Assembly (NCBI GenBank): GCA_963668675.2
Contig: CAXXMB010000002.1
Span: 800,001 to 864,000, forward strand
DNA from: an uncultured Desulfatitalea sp.
Lineage (GTDB): Bacteria; Desulfobacterota; Desulfobacteria; Desulfobacterales; Desulfosarcinaceae
Direction: 5' to 3'
Length of the DNA stretch: 64,000 nucleotides
Part shown: positions 63,989-64,000 of the stretch, in pieces
How positions within the stretch are numbered: position 1 is the first letter of the stretch
Layout: the number at the start of each line of letters is the position of its first letter
Position numbers and translations under genes: made by a program
Notes under the pieces: model-generated
The model's database searches: none
Told to the model about the DNA's origin: nothing
Seen by the model: the letters and a program-made list of their open reading frames with translations, nothing else

Positions 63989-64000
63989 CGCATTGCTACC

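Overview
Bacterial chromosomal window. Gene content (large Alu-type SRP RNA, CarD, DivIVA, PilT/PilU, sigma54 promoters, AbfD-like dehydratase, hybrid PAS kinases) suggests a Desulfobacterota/deltaproteobacterial anaerobe; this is inference. Positions ~1-51.6 kb are mostly core/metabolic genes: a branched-chain amino acid ABC transporter, an adenine deaminase-like enzyme, an acyl-CoA cluster, serA, ispE-tRNA-Gln-prs-rplY-pth-hppA, carD-rluD-abfD, grpE-dnaK, ffs, tilS-ftsH-folP-coaX, pilT-pilU, proC-mauE-ccdA-trx, two hybrid kinases and a sigma54-preceded acidic lipoprotein. Intergenic gaps contain REP/MITE-like palindromes and two long hairpins sharing a covarying core. From ~51.9 kb the sequence is visibly AT-richer and accessory: deletion-damaged mscS and DUF481 pseudogenes, a group IIC intron 5' remnant behind a terminator, a possible island attachment end, and a type I restriction-modification locus. 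The best candidate for a new system is in that locus: an FRG-domain gene between hsdS and hsdR whose C-terminus is a clear homologue of the HsdR C-terminal domain. A glycosylase-like plus PD-(D/E)xK-like gene pair lies downstream of hsdR.
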